IMG/VR virus record: IMGVR_UViG_3300011429_000003
Span: 2,184-66,183 of that record
Source of the DNA: a virus
Lineage: Duplodnaviria; Caudoviricetes
Length of the DNA stretch: 64,000 bases
Reading direction: 5' to 3' (one strand)
The notes below the pieces were generated by a model. The model made no database searches. It was not told where the DNA came from and saw only the letters and a program-made list of their open reading frames with translations. Position 1 is the stretch's first letter. Each line of letters begins with the position of its first letter. Both the position numbers and the translations under genes were made by a program. Of the stretch, positions 8,847-17,600 are shown piece after piece.

Positions 8847-9097
8847 TCAGGCGCTGGAAACTGTGGCGTGAGCGCAGGCGCGCGCGGCGCATGGAGCAGC
8901 GGCGTGAGGACGAGCTGGAGGGGGCGCTGATGCTGTTGGGCATCTCCATCGTGGAGGAGGTGCTGGACGAGACCGGCGCGGCCAACAGCGTGACCGCCGC
9001 CATCATGCAGCAGGTGCGTGCCAAGGCGGCGGAGAAGACGCAGGCGCAGCGGCTGGTGGAGGAGCTGACCAAGCGTGACGGCGGACAATCAGGGTGA
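8843..9097 (+). CDS. Hypothetical protein
   Basis: ATGA overlap. Confidence 0.5.
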   Translation: MIRRWKLWRERRRARRMEQRREDELEGALMLLGISIVEEVLDETGAANSVTAAIMQQVRAKAAEKTQAQRLVEELTKRDGGQSG

Positions 9098-9401
9098 TCT
9101 CTTCGTGGCCCCCGCACCACAGCGTTGTGAACGCTGTGGCGTAGTGGGCGAGCACCGCTGCATGGAGGGCGACGTGGAGGAGCGGTTGGGCTTCAGGCCG
9201 TGCCAGCAGTACGTGGACGATCTGCGTGCCATGATCCGCTGGTACCGGCACTGGTACTACGACCTGAGCACCGGGCGGCTGAGCGACGCGGCGTTCGACA
9301 TTCTCTTCAGCGAGCTGGAGGAGATAGAGCAGCGCTGGCCGGAGTACGCGCACCCCGACAGCCCGACGCAGCACGTGCACCAGCCGTACCAGAAGCCATG
9401 A
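9075..9401 (+). CDS. Stand-alone NAD-dependent DNA ligase domain Ia-like protein
   Basis: WYYDLSTGRLSDAAFDILFSELEEIEQRWPEYAHPDSPTQHV matches LigA N-terminus (YY...SDAEYD.L..EL..LE..HPE...PDSPTQRV); no adenylation domain follows. Confidence 0.75.
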   Translation: MTADNQGDLFVAPAPQRCERCGVVGEHRCMEGDVEERLGFRPCQQYVDDLRAMIRWYRHWYYDLSTGRLSDAAFDILFSELEEIEQRWPEYAHPDSPTQHVHQPYQKP

Positions 9402-9610
9402 AGCGCTGGCACGAGGACGCACGGATAGCACGCAGGCGCAGGCGCGTGGGCAAGCTGTTCGGTGTGCCCACGCGGTGGTTGCAGCTGGGGCGCCTGCGCA
9501 AGAAGCACCCGCTGGACTGTGGCGACCCGCACTGCCCAGTGTGCCGCCACGCCAAGGTGCGCAGCGACGGACTACCCGCGCGCGACAGACGGCGCCTGCG
9601 TGACGAGTGA
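9398..9610 (+). CDS. Small basic protein with CxxxxCxxC
   Basis: ATGA overlap; HPLDCGDPHCPVC. Confidence 0.55.
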   Translation: MKRWHEDARIARRRRRVGKLFGVPTRWLQLGRLRKKHPLDCGDPHCPVCRHAKVRSDGLPARDRRRLRDE

Positions 9611-9611
9611 G

Positions 9612-9869
9612 ATGGCGTTGCAAGCTGTAGGCACGTGCTACGTGCTGCACCCCGGGTACGTGCGCAGCAGGCACGACGGCGACCTGCACTACGTGGGCGT
9701 GCCGCAGCTGCTGCACCTGTACAAGGTGCCCCGGCGCGCGTGGTGGCGCACCTGGGCGCCCGGGCTGTGGTGCGGCAGGTACGTGCGGCACGTGCACCTG
9801 TACCCACGGGCTGACGGGCGCTACTTTTTGCCACCTGCAACGTGCAAGAAGCCCGGCCCGATGGTCTAG
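9612..9869 (+). CDS. Conserved phage hypothetical protein
   Basis: YVLHPGYVRSRHDGDLHYVG motif. Confidence 0.6.
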   Translation: MALQAVGTCYVLHPGYVRSRHDGDLHYVGVPQLLHLYKVPRRAWWRTWAPGLWCGRYVRHVHLYPRADGRYFLPPATCKKPGPMV

Positions 9870-9905
9870 TGTTTCCTGTTCTGCCGCCACGTGGCGCGGC
9901 GTGGT

Positions 9906-9921
9906 TGGCACGCGGTGTGCA
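9906..9921 (+). promoter_or_regulatory. sigma54-type promoter
   Basis: TGGCACGCGGTGTGCA matches TGGCACG-N4-TTGCW at 15/16; intergenic, 53 nt upstream of ATG 9974. Confidence 0.55.
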
Positions 9922-9973
9922 TTAGTATAGGTTAACCAAGCAGGCAACGGTGCTCTTAAATAGGAGGAACAGC

Positions 9974-10435
9974 ATGTACTACACCAACGGTTACGAAGCC
10001 CTGAAGGCCCTGATGGCCAACAACCCCACGCGCATCGCGGCTGACGACCCCGCGTGGAACGGCGTAGAGGGCGAGGCCTACCTGGCGCAGGTAGGAGACG
10101 AGGAAGGCCACCTGATCATCGCCGACTACACCGGCACGCAGGTGCACGTGCAGGTCGTGGGTGCGGACGCCGTCGACAGCGACATGGAGTTCTACGTACT
10201 GCAGCAGGCGCCGCTGGCGGTTGCGCAGGCCCAGGTTAACGAGCTGGCCACCATGTTCGTGGACAGCGGTGTCTTGCCGGAGCGCCAGTTCAACGCCAAG
10301 TGGGGCGCGCGCTACGCGCTGCTGGCCGACCTGTACCACGCGCAGACCGGCGACTACAGCGACCACGTGGGCGATCACGGCGTGCTGCGCCACCACATGC
10401 GTGCGGCCCTGCTGCTGCTGGAGGTGGTGTCGTAA
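9974..10435 (+). CDS. Hypothetical protein
   Basis: SD AGGAGG. Confidence 0.65.
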   Translation: MYYTNGYEALKALMANNPTRIAADDPAWNGVEGEAYLAQVGDEEGHLIIADYTGTQVHVQVVGADAVDSDMEFYVLQQAPLAVAQAQVNELATMFVDSGVLPERQFNAKWGARYALLADLYHAQTGDYSDHVGDHGVLRHHMRAALLLLEVVS

Positions 10436-10896
10436 TGGCACACACGCACGTATACGCGCAGCACCCCACGTGGCCTGCCCACGCGTACTGCACCGTAGCG
10501 GGTTGCGGCATGGCCGCGCCCAAGGAACTGCTCGAGAGCGCCGGGCTGTGGCCGCGCCGCAGCACGGTGCGGGTCACCAGCGACTACCTGCGCGCGTGCC
10601 AGGTGGCGCGCCGCGACGGCCTAGCGGTCAGCTACACCACCGACCCCACCTGGCTGGTGCACATGGCCATCAACCGCCGCGCGGGGTGGCACGAGGACGG
10701 ACACAGTCGTGGTACGTCGCGCCTGAACCACCGGGGCACGGTGGTGCGCGCACTGCGCGGTGACGCAGAGAACCACCTGCGCCTGCGTGCACGTGAGATC
10801 AACACGCCGCGCCTCGTCGTGCGCCCCAGCACGTTGGGCGAGTGGGGCAAGCTGCTGTTGGCGCGTATCCCCGGGAGGTTCACCTATGAAGACTAA
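10435..10896 (+). CDS. Hypothetical protein
   Basis: TAATG coupling. Confidence 0.55.
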   Translation: MAHTHVYAQHPTWPAHAYCTVAGCGMAAPKELLESAGLWPRRSTVRVTSDYLRACQVARRDGLAVSYTTDPTWLVHMAINRRAGWHEDGHSRGTSRLNHRGTVVRALRGDAENHLRLRAREINTPRLVVRPSTLGEWGKLLLARIPGRFTYED

Positions 10897-11365
10897 CGAC
10901 GCCACCACGCCCAGCGGCAAGTATGCGGCGCGCATCAAGAACCCCGCGAAGCGGCGCTACGCGTGGGACTACCTGGAGTACCTGCGCTACGGGGGCGCTG
11001 AACCCACGGCGCAGGGGCGTGGGCTCACGTTCATGGCCATGCAGGCCGTGCGCCTGCAGCTGCACAAGTTGGAGGAGGGGACCCAGCCCTACGTGGCGGG
11101 CTACCCCAACGTGCAGGCGGCGCTCCGCTGCCTGTACGCGTGCAACCACATGCCGGTCAACGCGCACGACCGCGCACCGGTACCCGCCGCGTGGCTGGCA
11201 CGGTTCCAGCTGGCGGAGAGCGTAGGCAAGCTAGACGACGACACGCTGGAGCTGGTGTGCGACGGCGACGAGGAAGACATGAAGGCGTGGGTGCTGGCAC
11301 ATGGCCTGCCTGGGCTGGCGCTCAGCCAGCTGCTGGACGCCGCGTTCAACGGGGAGCTGTTCTAA
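10886..11365 (+). CDS. Hypothetical protein
   Basis: SD GGAGG. Confidence 0.55.
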   Translation: MKTNDATTPSGKYAARIKNPAKRRYAWDYLEYLRYGGAEPTAQGRGLTFMAMQAVRLQLHKLEEGTQPYVAGYPNVQAALRCLYACNHMPVNAHDRAPVPAAWLARFQLAESVGKLDDDTLELVCDGDEEDMKAWVLAHGLPGLALSQLLDAAFNGELF

Positions 11366-11366
11366 G

Positions 11367-11606
11367 ATGAACAACACCACGACGGAACGCCGCGCGCACA
11401 GCACCGGCCCACGCCACGACCCCGTGCTGATCACGGAGCTGACGCAGGCACTGCGTCAGTATCTGCGCAGCGGCGGCACTGGCTACGAACTCGCGGTCGA
11501 ACTCGTAGACCAGCTACCCTGGACCCACCCGCTGGTTGAGCCCCTGAACGTGTTCATCTACAAGGGCGAGGCCCGCTGGCTGACGCTGGCACTGGAGCAG
11601 GAATGA
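11367..11606 (+). CDS. Hypothetical protein
   Basis: Operon packing. Confidence 0.5.
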   Translation: MNNTTTERRAHSTGPRHDPVLITELTQALRQYLRSGGTGYELAVELVDQLPWTHPLVEPLNVFIYKGEARWLTLALEQE

Positions 11607-11631
11607 AGATCGTGTGGCGCAAGGAGGCAGC

Positions 11632-11856
11632 ATGAAGCTACCCTGGAGACGGAAGCACCTACACACCTGGGCCGTGCGGCACCTGAGCCTGGGGCACGGC
11701 GTGTACATACGGCAGCAGCAGTGCGCTACGTGCGGGGCGGTGCAGGGGCAGGGACTGGCGTTCGACGACTGCGCCGCGCAGGTGCTGTTCCACCTGGCCG
11801 ACCACTACCCGGGTGCGTTGGTAGGTGCCTTGGCGCGCAGGCTAAGGAAGTCATGA
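11632..11856 (+). CDS. Hypothetical protein
   Basis: SD AAGGAGG. Confidence 0.5.
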   Translation: MKLPWRRKHLHTWAVRHLSLGHGVYIRQQQCATCGAVQGQGLAFDDCAAQVLFHLADHYPGALVGALARRLRKS

Positions 11857-12047
11857 GCCGAGCACTTAGCGCTGCAGCCTGTAGGCGCAAGGCAGACCAG
11901 GAATGGGAACTGGCTGGCCTTGCGCATGCTGACAGGGACAAGGTTGATGCACAGCGGCACACGGAGCAGGCCCGAATGTGGGAAGCCAGAGCGAGAGACG
12001 TTATAAACCAAGAAGGAGAACAAGCTGATGAGTACGAAAAAGAATAA
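11853..12047 (+). CDS. Hypothetical protein
   Basis: ATGA overlap; start of lower-GC3 segment. Confidence 0.45.
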   Translation: MSRALSAAACRRKADQEWELAGLAHADRDKVDAQRHTEQARMWEARARDVINQEGEQADEYEKE

Positions 12048-12324
12048 GACCCCTGTCATAGTGACGACGGCCCATCGCGGAGTGTTTTTCGGGTATGCAA
12101 CAGCGCCTGATGACGCGGAATCTATCCGCATCGAGAACGCACGCATGGTCGTGTATTGGTCGCCGGACGTGCGCTCAGTTGTAGGACTCGCAGCGAACGG
12201 CCCGACGAAGGCGTGTCGCATTGGGCCAGCTGCACCGGCCATCGTGCTCCGCAATGTAACAGCAGTGATCGAGTGTAGTGACGAAGCAGCGAAGAAATTC
12301 GAGGCCCAGGTATGGAGCGCGTAG
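12028..12324 (+). CDS. Conserved phage hypothetical protein (VIVTTAHRGVFFG family)
   Basis: SD AAGGAG; motif family typically followed by a GSGDGSGY-repeat gene, as here. Confidence 0.7.
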   Translation: MSTKKNKTPVIVTTAHRGVFFGYATAPDDAESIRIENARMVVYWSPDVRSVVGLAANGPTKACRIGPAAPAIVLRNVTAVIECSDEAAKKFEAQVWSA

Positions 12325-12818
12325 CGTTTGAGGCTCCGTCTGAATATTCAGACGGTTCCGGTTACGGTTCCGGTGACGGTTCCGGTTACGGTTCCGGTGA
12401 CGGTTCCGGTTACGGTTCCGGTTACGGTTCCGGTTCCGGTTACGGTGACGGTTACGGTGACGGTTCCATCGCATACTGCGCCGCTCTCACCGACATCCCA
12501 GAGGCCTACATACACCGAGAGGCGGGCGCTGTCGTCGCACTGTGGAGATCAAACGTGGACGGAACGCCCGCGAACGGCGGTACGAATACCAAGGCAGTGC
12601 CAGGTCTAGTAGAGGAAACACCAGGACCGCTAGAACTGTGCAAGTCAGGCACACTGCACGCCACGTTTCGACCTGAGAAGTGGCAGGGCGGTCGCCTGTG
12701 GGTGGTCGCGCTATATGGCGACGTCGCGATTACGGAAGACAAGCTGGGCGCGCTCAAGCGTGTGATAATTGCGGAAGTTCCTGGCGGCAGCAACTTCTGT
12801 ACGAAAGCACCGACGTAG
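12312..12818 (+). CDS. Gly/Ser/Tyr/Asp-repeat phage protein
   Basis: (GSGDGSGY)n tract followed by globular domain. Confidence 0.65.
   Translation: MERVAFEAPSEYSDGSGYGSGDGSGYGSGDGSGYGSGYGSGSGYGDGYGDGSIAYCAALTDIPEAYIHREAGAVVALWRSNVDGTPANGGTNTKAVPGLVEETPGPLELCKSGTLHATFRPEKWQGGRLWVVALYGDVAITEDKLGALKRVIIAEVPGGSNFCTKAPT
12351..12467 (+). repeat. Tandem coding repeat of GGTTCC/GGTTAC/GGTGAC hexamers
   Basis: gacggttccggttacggttccggt units seen directly; encodes GSGY/GSGD. Confidence 0.9.
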
Positions 12819-12845
12819 ACGATCGTACGGCTAGGAGGAGAGACG

Positions 12846-13157
12846 ATGAGCAAGACGGAGTACGAGCGCTTCGCGGAGAAGACGGTGACGCACAAGGGCA
12901 AGCGGGTGAAGGGCGCGCTGCTGTTGGCCGAGGAGCACGCGGTGCTGGCGGCCACCGAGGCGCTGCTGGCAGTGATGATACTGAAGGGTGTCAGTCGCAG
13001 CGCGCTGGCGGAGAAGGTCGGCCACAGCAAGTCGGCCGTGAGCCAGCTGCTGAACGGGCGGGCCGGGGCGCAGCACAACGTCAGCCTGCGCACGCTGGCA
13101 CGCTACGCGCACGCGCTGGGCTGCCAGGTGGACATCAGCCTGCGGCGGGTGCGGTAA
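12846..13157 (+). CDS. XRE-family HTH DNA-binding protein
   Basis: VSRSALAEKVGHSKSAVSQLLNG...NVSLRTLARYAHALG. Confidence 0.85.
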   Translation: MSKTEYERFAEKTVTHKGKRVKGALLLAEEHAVLAATEALLAVMILKGVSRSALAEKVGHSKSAVSQLLNGRAGAQHNVSLRTLARYAHALGCQVDISLRRVR

Positions 13158-13333
13158 TGCTGGAGCTCTACCGGACAGTGCACCACTGGGACATCTCGCT
13201 GCTGCGGGTGTGGCCGCTAAAGCTGGGGTTCCACTGGGGGCAACAGTACGTGTTCTCAGAGAGCATCTCGTGCACCAGCTGGGCGCTCGGCCTGACGTGG
13301 GTGGTACGGTGGGAACTGCGGGTGGCCGCGTGA
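13157..13333 (+). CDS. Small hypothetical protein
   Basis: TAATG and GTGA couplings. Confidence 0.45.
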   Translation: MLELYRTVHHWDISLLRVWPLKLGFHWGQQYVFSESISCTSWALGLTWVVRWELRVAA

Positions 13334-13593
13334 AGGCGACGCTGCCGGACGGCACCATGGTGGAAGGCACTATGCAGGAGGTGGTGGATTTCATCCTGCT
13401 GCAGCAAGCGCAGCGCACACCACAGCAGTCGCTCCCCAAGCAGGTGCTGGCGCTGCTGCCGCTGACGACGAGCGAGCTGATCGCGGCACTGCAGCTGGAA
13501 CCGCGCAAGGTGTACAACGTGGTGTATCTGCTGAAGAGGACGGGGCGCATAGAGAAGGGTATCAACGGGCGTTACTACAGGAAGGATCAATAA
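13330..13593 (+). CDS. Winged-helix-like small protein
   Basis: LTTSELIAALQLEPRKVYNVVYLLKRTGRIEK...GRYY. Confidence 0.55.
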   Translation: MKATLPDGTMVEGTMQEVVDFILLQQAQRTPQQSLPKQVLALLPLTTSELIAALQLEPRKVYNVVYLLKRTGRIEKGINGRYYRKDQ

Positions 13594-13949
13594 TGAAGTG
13601 GCTGATCTGGTCTCTGGAGCACGGCGCGTGGTGGGCGCCGGACAGCCGTGGCTACACGCCGGACCGCGACAAGGCGGGCCGGTACGAGCTACGCGAGGCG
13701 ACGCACATAGCGGGCAACGCGAACATCATGCTGCACCGGACGCCTAACGAGGCCATCGTGCCGGAAGCGCACGACAAGCGCGTGCGGTACTACTGCGCGC
13801 GCTACGGCGTCGGCGACAGCGTGCTGTTCAGGGGGCGCACCGTCAACGGGCTGGACGGCGGCACCGTGGCCAGCGTCATGTTCAGCGCCGAGGGGCCGAG
13901 CTACCGGCTGGCAGAAGGCACGACGGTGACGGACGAGGAGGTGGAGTGA
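13593..13949 (+). CDS. Hypothetical phage protein
   Basis: WLIWSLEHGAWW...GYT...AGRY motif. Confidence 0.6.
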   Translation: MKWLIWSLEHGAWWAPDSRGYTPDRDKAGRYELREATHIAGNANIMLHRTPNEAIVPEAHDKRVRYYCARYGVGDSVLFRGRTVNGLDGGTVASVMFSAEGPSYRLAEGTTVTDEEVE

Positions 13950-14845
13950 TGCCCTACGGCGTAGGTGTGGCGGTGGGCAGGTTCCAGGTTGACGACCTAC
14001 ATGAGGGCCACCTGGCCATACTGGCGGCGGCAGCCGCACACCCCAAGATGATGGTCGTGCTTGGGCAGCACCCGTTCCTGGCGACGCGCGAGAATCCGCT
14101 AGATTTTCCCACGCGCCGCGCCATGGTGCAGGCCAGGTACCCTGAGGCGGTGGTGCTCTACCTGAACGACTGCCCCACCGACGCGGAGTGGAGCAAGAGG
14201 CTGGACGAGCTGGTGCACAGCGTGTACCCGGTGGACGAGGCCCGCCTGTACTGCGGGCGCGCGGGCTTCGCCCCGCACTACCAGGGCAAGCTGCGGGTGG
14301 TGGAACTGGACACCGTGGCGCTGCACACCGGCACGCAGCGGCGCGAGTACGTAGGCAGCGTGCCGCTCTCGTCACAGGATTTCCGCAGGGGCGTCATCTA
14401 CGCCACCCGCAACCAGTACACCCAGCTGAAGCCCACGGTGGACATAGCGGCCTACGGGCCGCGCGGCGTGCTGCTGGGGCGCAAGCACGGCGAGGTGCTG
14501 TGGCGTTTCCCGGGCGGTTTCGTGGACGCGGACGACACCGGGTACGAGGGCGCGGCCCGGCGCGAGCTCTACGAGGAGACCGGCCTGGCTGCGGAGCACG
14601 GCGTGGTGTACGTGGGCAGCTACCGCGTGGACGACTGGCGCCGCACGCACAGCTGCGGCATCTTCACGGTGCTGTACGCCGCGCAAGCGATGACCACCGG
14701 CGCCGTGGCCGGTGACGATCTACACGAGGTGCGCTGGCACGCGGCAGACGAGCTGCTGGCGGCCACGGCACCCGCACACAGGCCCCTGGCGCAGGGGTGG
14801 CTCGACTGGAGGAGGAAGAATGCAGCATCAGAATCTGATTCTTGA
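13949..14845 (+). CDS. nadM: Bifunctional NMN adenylyltransferase / ADP-ribose pyrophosphatase (NadM-Nudix)
   Basis: GRFQ...HEGH (HxGH), NPLDF..RRAM; C-terminal Nudix box FPGGFVD...AARRELYEETG. Confidence 0.92.
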   Translation: MPYGVGVAVGRFQVDDLHEGHLAILAAAAAHPKMMVVLGQHPFLATRENPLDFPTRRAMVQARYPEAVVLYLNDCPTDAEWSKRLDELVHSVYPVDEARLYCGRAGFAPHYQGKLRVVELDTVALHTGTQRREYVGSVPLSSQDFRRGVIYATRNQYTQLKPTVDIAAYGPRGVLLGRKHGEVLWRFPGGFVDADDTGYEGAARRELYEETGLAAEHGVVYVGSYRVDDWRRTHSCGIFTVLYAAQAMTTGAVAGDDLHEVRWHAADELLAATAPAHRPLAQGWLDWRRKNAASESDS

Positions 14846-16139
14846 CACGGACAGCTACAAGGTGACGCACGCGCGACAGTACCCGCCCGGCACGGAGCGG
14901 GTGTACAGCTACTACGAGAGCAGGGGCGGCGCGTTCGACGAGATCGTGTGGTTCGGCCTGCAGTACGTGCTCACGGAGCACCTGCTGCGGCCTGTCACGC
15001 AGGACGACATCGAGGAGGCAGACAGCCTCTTCAGTTCTCACTTCGGCGACCGGACGCTGTTCAACCGCGTCGGGTGGGAGCTGCTGGTGCAGCGCCACGG
15101 CGGGCGACTGCCCGTGAGAATACGAGCGCTCCCGGAAGGGACCGTCGTGACACCGGGGCAGGTGCTCATGACCGTGGAGAACACAGACGCAGAGTTCTTC
15201 TGGCTCACCAACTACCTGGAGACGCTGCTGTGCCAGGTGTGGTACCCGGCGACGGTCGCCAGCAACAGCCGGGCGATAGGGAAGATAATTCTGGACTCCC
15301 TGAAGGAGACAGGGAGTCCGGAACAGCTGCCCTACAAGCTGCACGACTTCGGGTTTCGCGGCAGCACCACGGCAGCGTCCGCGGGCATCGGCGGGTGCGC
15401 GCACCTGGTCAACTTCGAGGGCACCGACACCGTGCGCGCCTTGGTGGTAGCCCGGGACTACTACGGCGAGCCCGTGGCCGGGCACAGCATACCCGCCAGC
15501 GAGCACAGCACCATCACGGCCTGGGGCCGTGCGGGTGAGCTGGACGCGTACCGCAACATGCTGCGGCAGTACCCCACGGGGCTGGTGGCGTGTGTCAGCG
15601 ACAGCTACGACATCTACGCGGCCTGCGAGCTGTGGGGCACCACGCTGAAGGACGAGGTGCTGGCGCGCAGCGGCACGCTGGTCATCCGGCCGGACAGCGG
15701 CAACCCGCCGCAGGTAGTGGAGCGGGTGCTGCACACGCTGGGCAAGCACTTCGGGTTCACCGTGAACCCGCAGGGCTACGCCGAGCTGCCCCCGCAGGTG
15801 CGCGTCATCCAGGGGGACGGGGTGGACCGCGACACCATCCGCGAGATACTGCGCGTCATGCGGATGAACAGGTGGTCGGCCAACAACATCGCCTTCGGCT
15901 GCGGGGGCGGGCTGCTGCAGAAGCTGAACCGCGACACGTGCAAGTTCGCGTTCAAGGCCAGCGCCGTGCAGGTGGCCGGGCAGTGGCGCGACGTGCGCAA
16001 GCACCCAGTCACCGATCCCGGCAAGGCCAGCAAGGCGGGCCGCTTCGACGGGCTGCCCACGGTGTACGAGAACGGCGAGCTGATAGTCAGAGAGAAGCTC
16101 TCGGACATTCGCGCGCGGGCCAGCCTGCTGCAGACGTAG
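14820..16139 (+). CDS. nadV: Nicotinamide phosphoribosyltransferase
   Basis: LDTDSYKVTH, LHDFGFRG, GTDT, SIPASEHS, VSDSYD, IRPDSG, IQGDG, AFGCGGGLLQKLNRDT, KASKAGR. Confidence 0.97.
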   Translation: MQHQNLILDTDSYKVTHARQYPPGTERVYSYYESRGGAFDEIVWFGLQYVLTEHLLRPVTQDDIEEADSLFSSHFGDRTLFNRVGWELLVQRHGGRLPVRIRALPEGTVVTPGQVLMTVENTDAEFFWLTNYLETLLCQVWYPATVASNSRAIGKIILDSLKETGSPEQLPYKLHDFGFRGSTTAASAGIGGCAHLVNFEGTDTVRALVVARDYYGEPVAGHSIPASEHSTITAWGRAGELDAYRNMLRQYPTGLVACVSDSYDIYAACELWGTTLKDEVLARSGTLVIRPDSGNPPQVVERVLHTLGKHFGFTVNPQGYAELPPQVRVIQGDGVDRDTIREILRVMRMNRWSANNIAFGCGGGLLQKLNRDTCKFAFKASAVQVAGQWRDVRKHPVTDPGKASKAGRFDGLPTVYENGELIVREKLSDIRARASLLQT

Positions 16140-16700
16140 CCGAGTAACGAGGTCAGTCGGACGGCCGGATGGACGGAATCCGGCTGACCTCCTTCCGAGG
16201 TCGGACGGATTTCTGGCGATATGATAAGTGGTTGCAGCCCAGGTGGAGAGAGCAGTTAATCACGAATCCGTCCATCCGGCCGTCCGTCCTACCTCCTTCG
16301 TGACTTGCGTAGCTTTAGGAGACCCGCCGCCCAACCTGGCCCAAAATGCTCCCTTTCCCTATATACACTCTCTCTCTCTCATAAAGTAGAGAGAGATAGT
16401 GTAAGTAGTAGCGGGATCAACGTCCTAACCGACGTCCGACCTCGGAAAGGAGTTCGGACGGATTCTTCTATAATCATCGTATTGCAATGAGTTGGTCCGT
16501 CCAACCTCAAGTGTCCGAGGATGGACGGATCAACCTGAAATGGTGCAACGGCGTGTCGCTGCGCGTGTTCAGTCCGTCCATTCTCCTTGATGATATGCTA
16601 CGCATTAGGTAGCTGACAGGAACTTGGCTAGTGTCTGGCCTGACGGGGCGCCGGTGCATACCTGGGCTGATGCGCCGCGTCTGTCATCCCTCTCTCCCGC
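16140..16700. repeat. Non-coding region with nested inverted repeats and multiple GGACGGA/TCCGTCC copies (candidate origin or packaging region)
   Basis: GGACGGCCGGATGGACGGA (~16159-16177) inverted at ~16267-16285; TTCCGAGGTCGGACG (~16193-16207) inverted at ~16432-16446; CT/AG hairpin ~16364-16403; lower GC. Confidence 0.7.
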
Positions 16701-16716
16701 GCGCGCGTGAAAGTTC

Positions 16717-17241
16717 TTGCGCGCGTTGCTATGGCGACACTACGGTGCCGCCGTGATCTGTCCTTCCTTCACGCTGGAACAGCGCAAGACGTTTCTGCAG
16801 AAGTTGTCTGAGACAGGGCTGCAGGTGCGTGCATGCGAGGAAGTTGGCGTCAACCGCCGCGTGGTGTACTCTCTCCGCAAGGACGACAAGGAGTTCGAGC
16901 ACAACTACGAGACCGCGATGATCGTGTATCGCGAGAGGCTCGAGGAGGAGATACACCGCCGTGGTATGGAAGGCTGGCAAGAGCCTGTCTTCTACAGGGG
17001 CGAGGTCATAGGGGCGATCAGAAAGTTCGACAGCAATCTTCTCATGTTTCACGCCAAGCGTCACATCCCGGAGTACAGAGAGAAACAACAGGTAGATCTC
17101 ACGTTGTCCGGTGGCGTGCTGCTGGTGCATGCGGCGCACCCCACCGCTGCGGACTGGGAGAAGCACGCGCGCGCCGTGGAGAGTCAGATGCCACAGCTAC
17201 CGGGGCCTAACGGCAACGGCAACGGGAACGGAGGTGGATAG
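16717..17241 (+). CDS. terS: Terminase small subunit (start uncertain)
   Basis: N-terminal HTH (FLQKLSETGLQVRACEEVGVNRRVVYSLRKDDKEF), RRGMEGWQEPVFYRG...RKFDSNLLMFHAK; upstream of TerL. Confidence 0.8.
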   Translation: MRALLWRHYGAAVICPSFTLEQRKTFLQKLSETGLQVRACEEVGVNRRVVYSLRKDDKEFEHNYETAMIVYRERLEEEIHRRGMEGWQEPVFYRGEVIGAIRKFDSNLLMFHAKRHIPEYREKQQVDLTLSGGVLLVHAAHPTAADWEKHARAVESQMPQLPGPNGNGNGNGGG

Positions 17242-17600
17242 TGGGGACACACGCGCTACGGCCAGGTGAGGTGCGCATCAACCTGATGCAGCGCACGGAC
17301 AAGACGCTGTACTACGAGGTCAAGGTGCGTAGCGAGATCAAGCCTATGGTCAGCAAGGTAGGCATCACGGAGCACAGCGTTGGCGTGCGCGGCAACGCGC
17401 GCCGCGTGGTGCTGCTCGCCGCCGCCATGGCGGAGCAGCTGTGTGAGGAGTACGGCGACACGTTAGACCCCGCCGACGTAGCGCGCGAGGCTGCGGAGCT
17501 GATGCACCAGTACTCCGTGGAGAACCCGCATATCTTCTTCGGAGACGAGGCCCCGCGCGCGGCAGACAAGGCTATCGCGGCGCGGGTGCTGCGGCGATGA
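17241..17600 (+). CDS. Hypothetical protein
   Basis: SD GGAGG, coupling to TerS stop. Confidence 0.6.
   Translation: MGTHALRPGEVRINLMQRTDKTLYYEVKVRSEIKPMVSKVGITEHSVGVRGNARRVVLLAAAMAEQLCEEYGDTLDPADVAREAAELMHQYSVENPHIFFGDEAPRAADKAIAARVLRR

Noticed and set aside
9075-9401. Functional NAD-dependent DNA ligase
   Set aside because: Only domain Ia is present; no KxDG adenylation, OB or BRCT domains
12351-12467. Short tandem repeats as a CRISPR array
   Set aside because: Hexamer units without unique spacers, in frame within a CDS (GSGDGSGY); no cas genes
16731-16812. ATG at 16731 as TerS start
   Set aside because: Out of frame with the TerS domain and no SD; an in-frame TTG/GTG or a 1-nt indel is more likely, left unresolved
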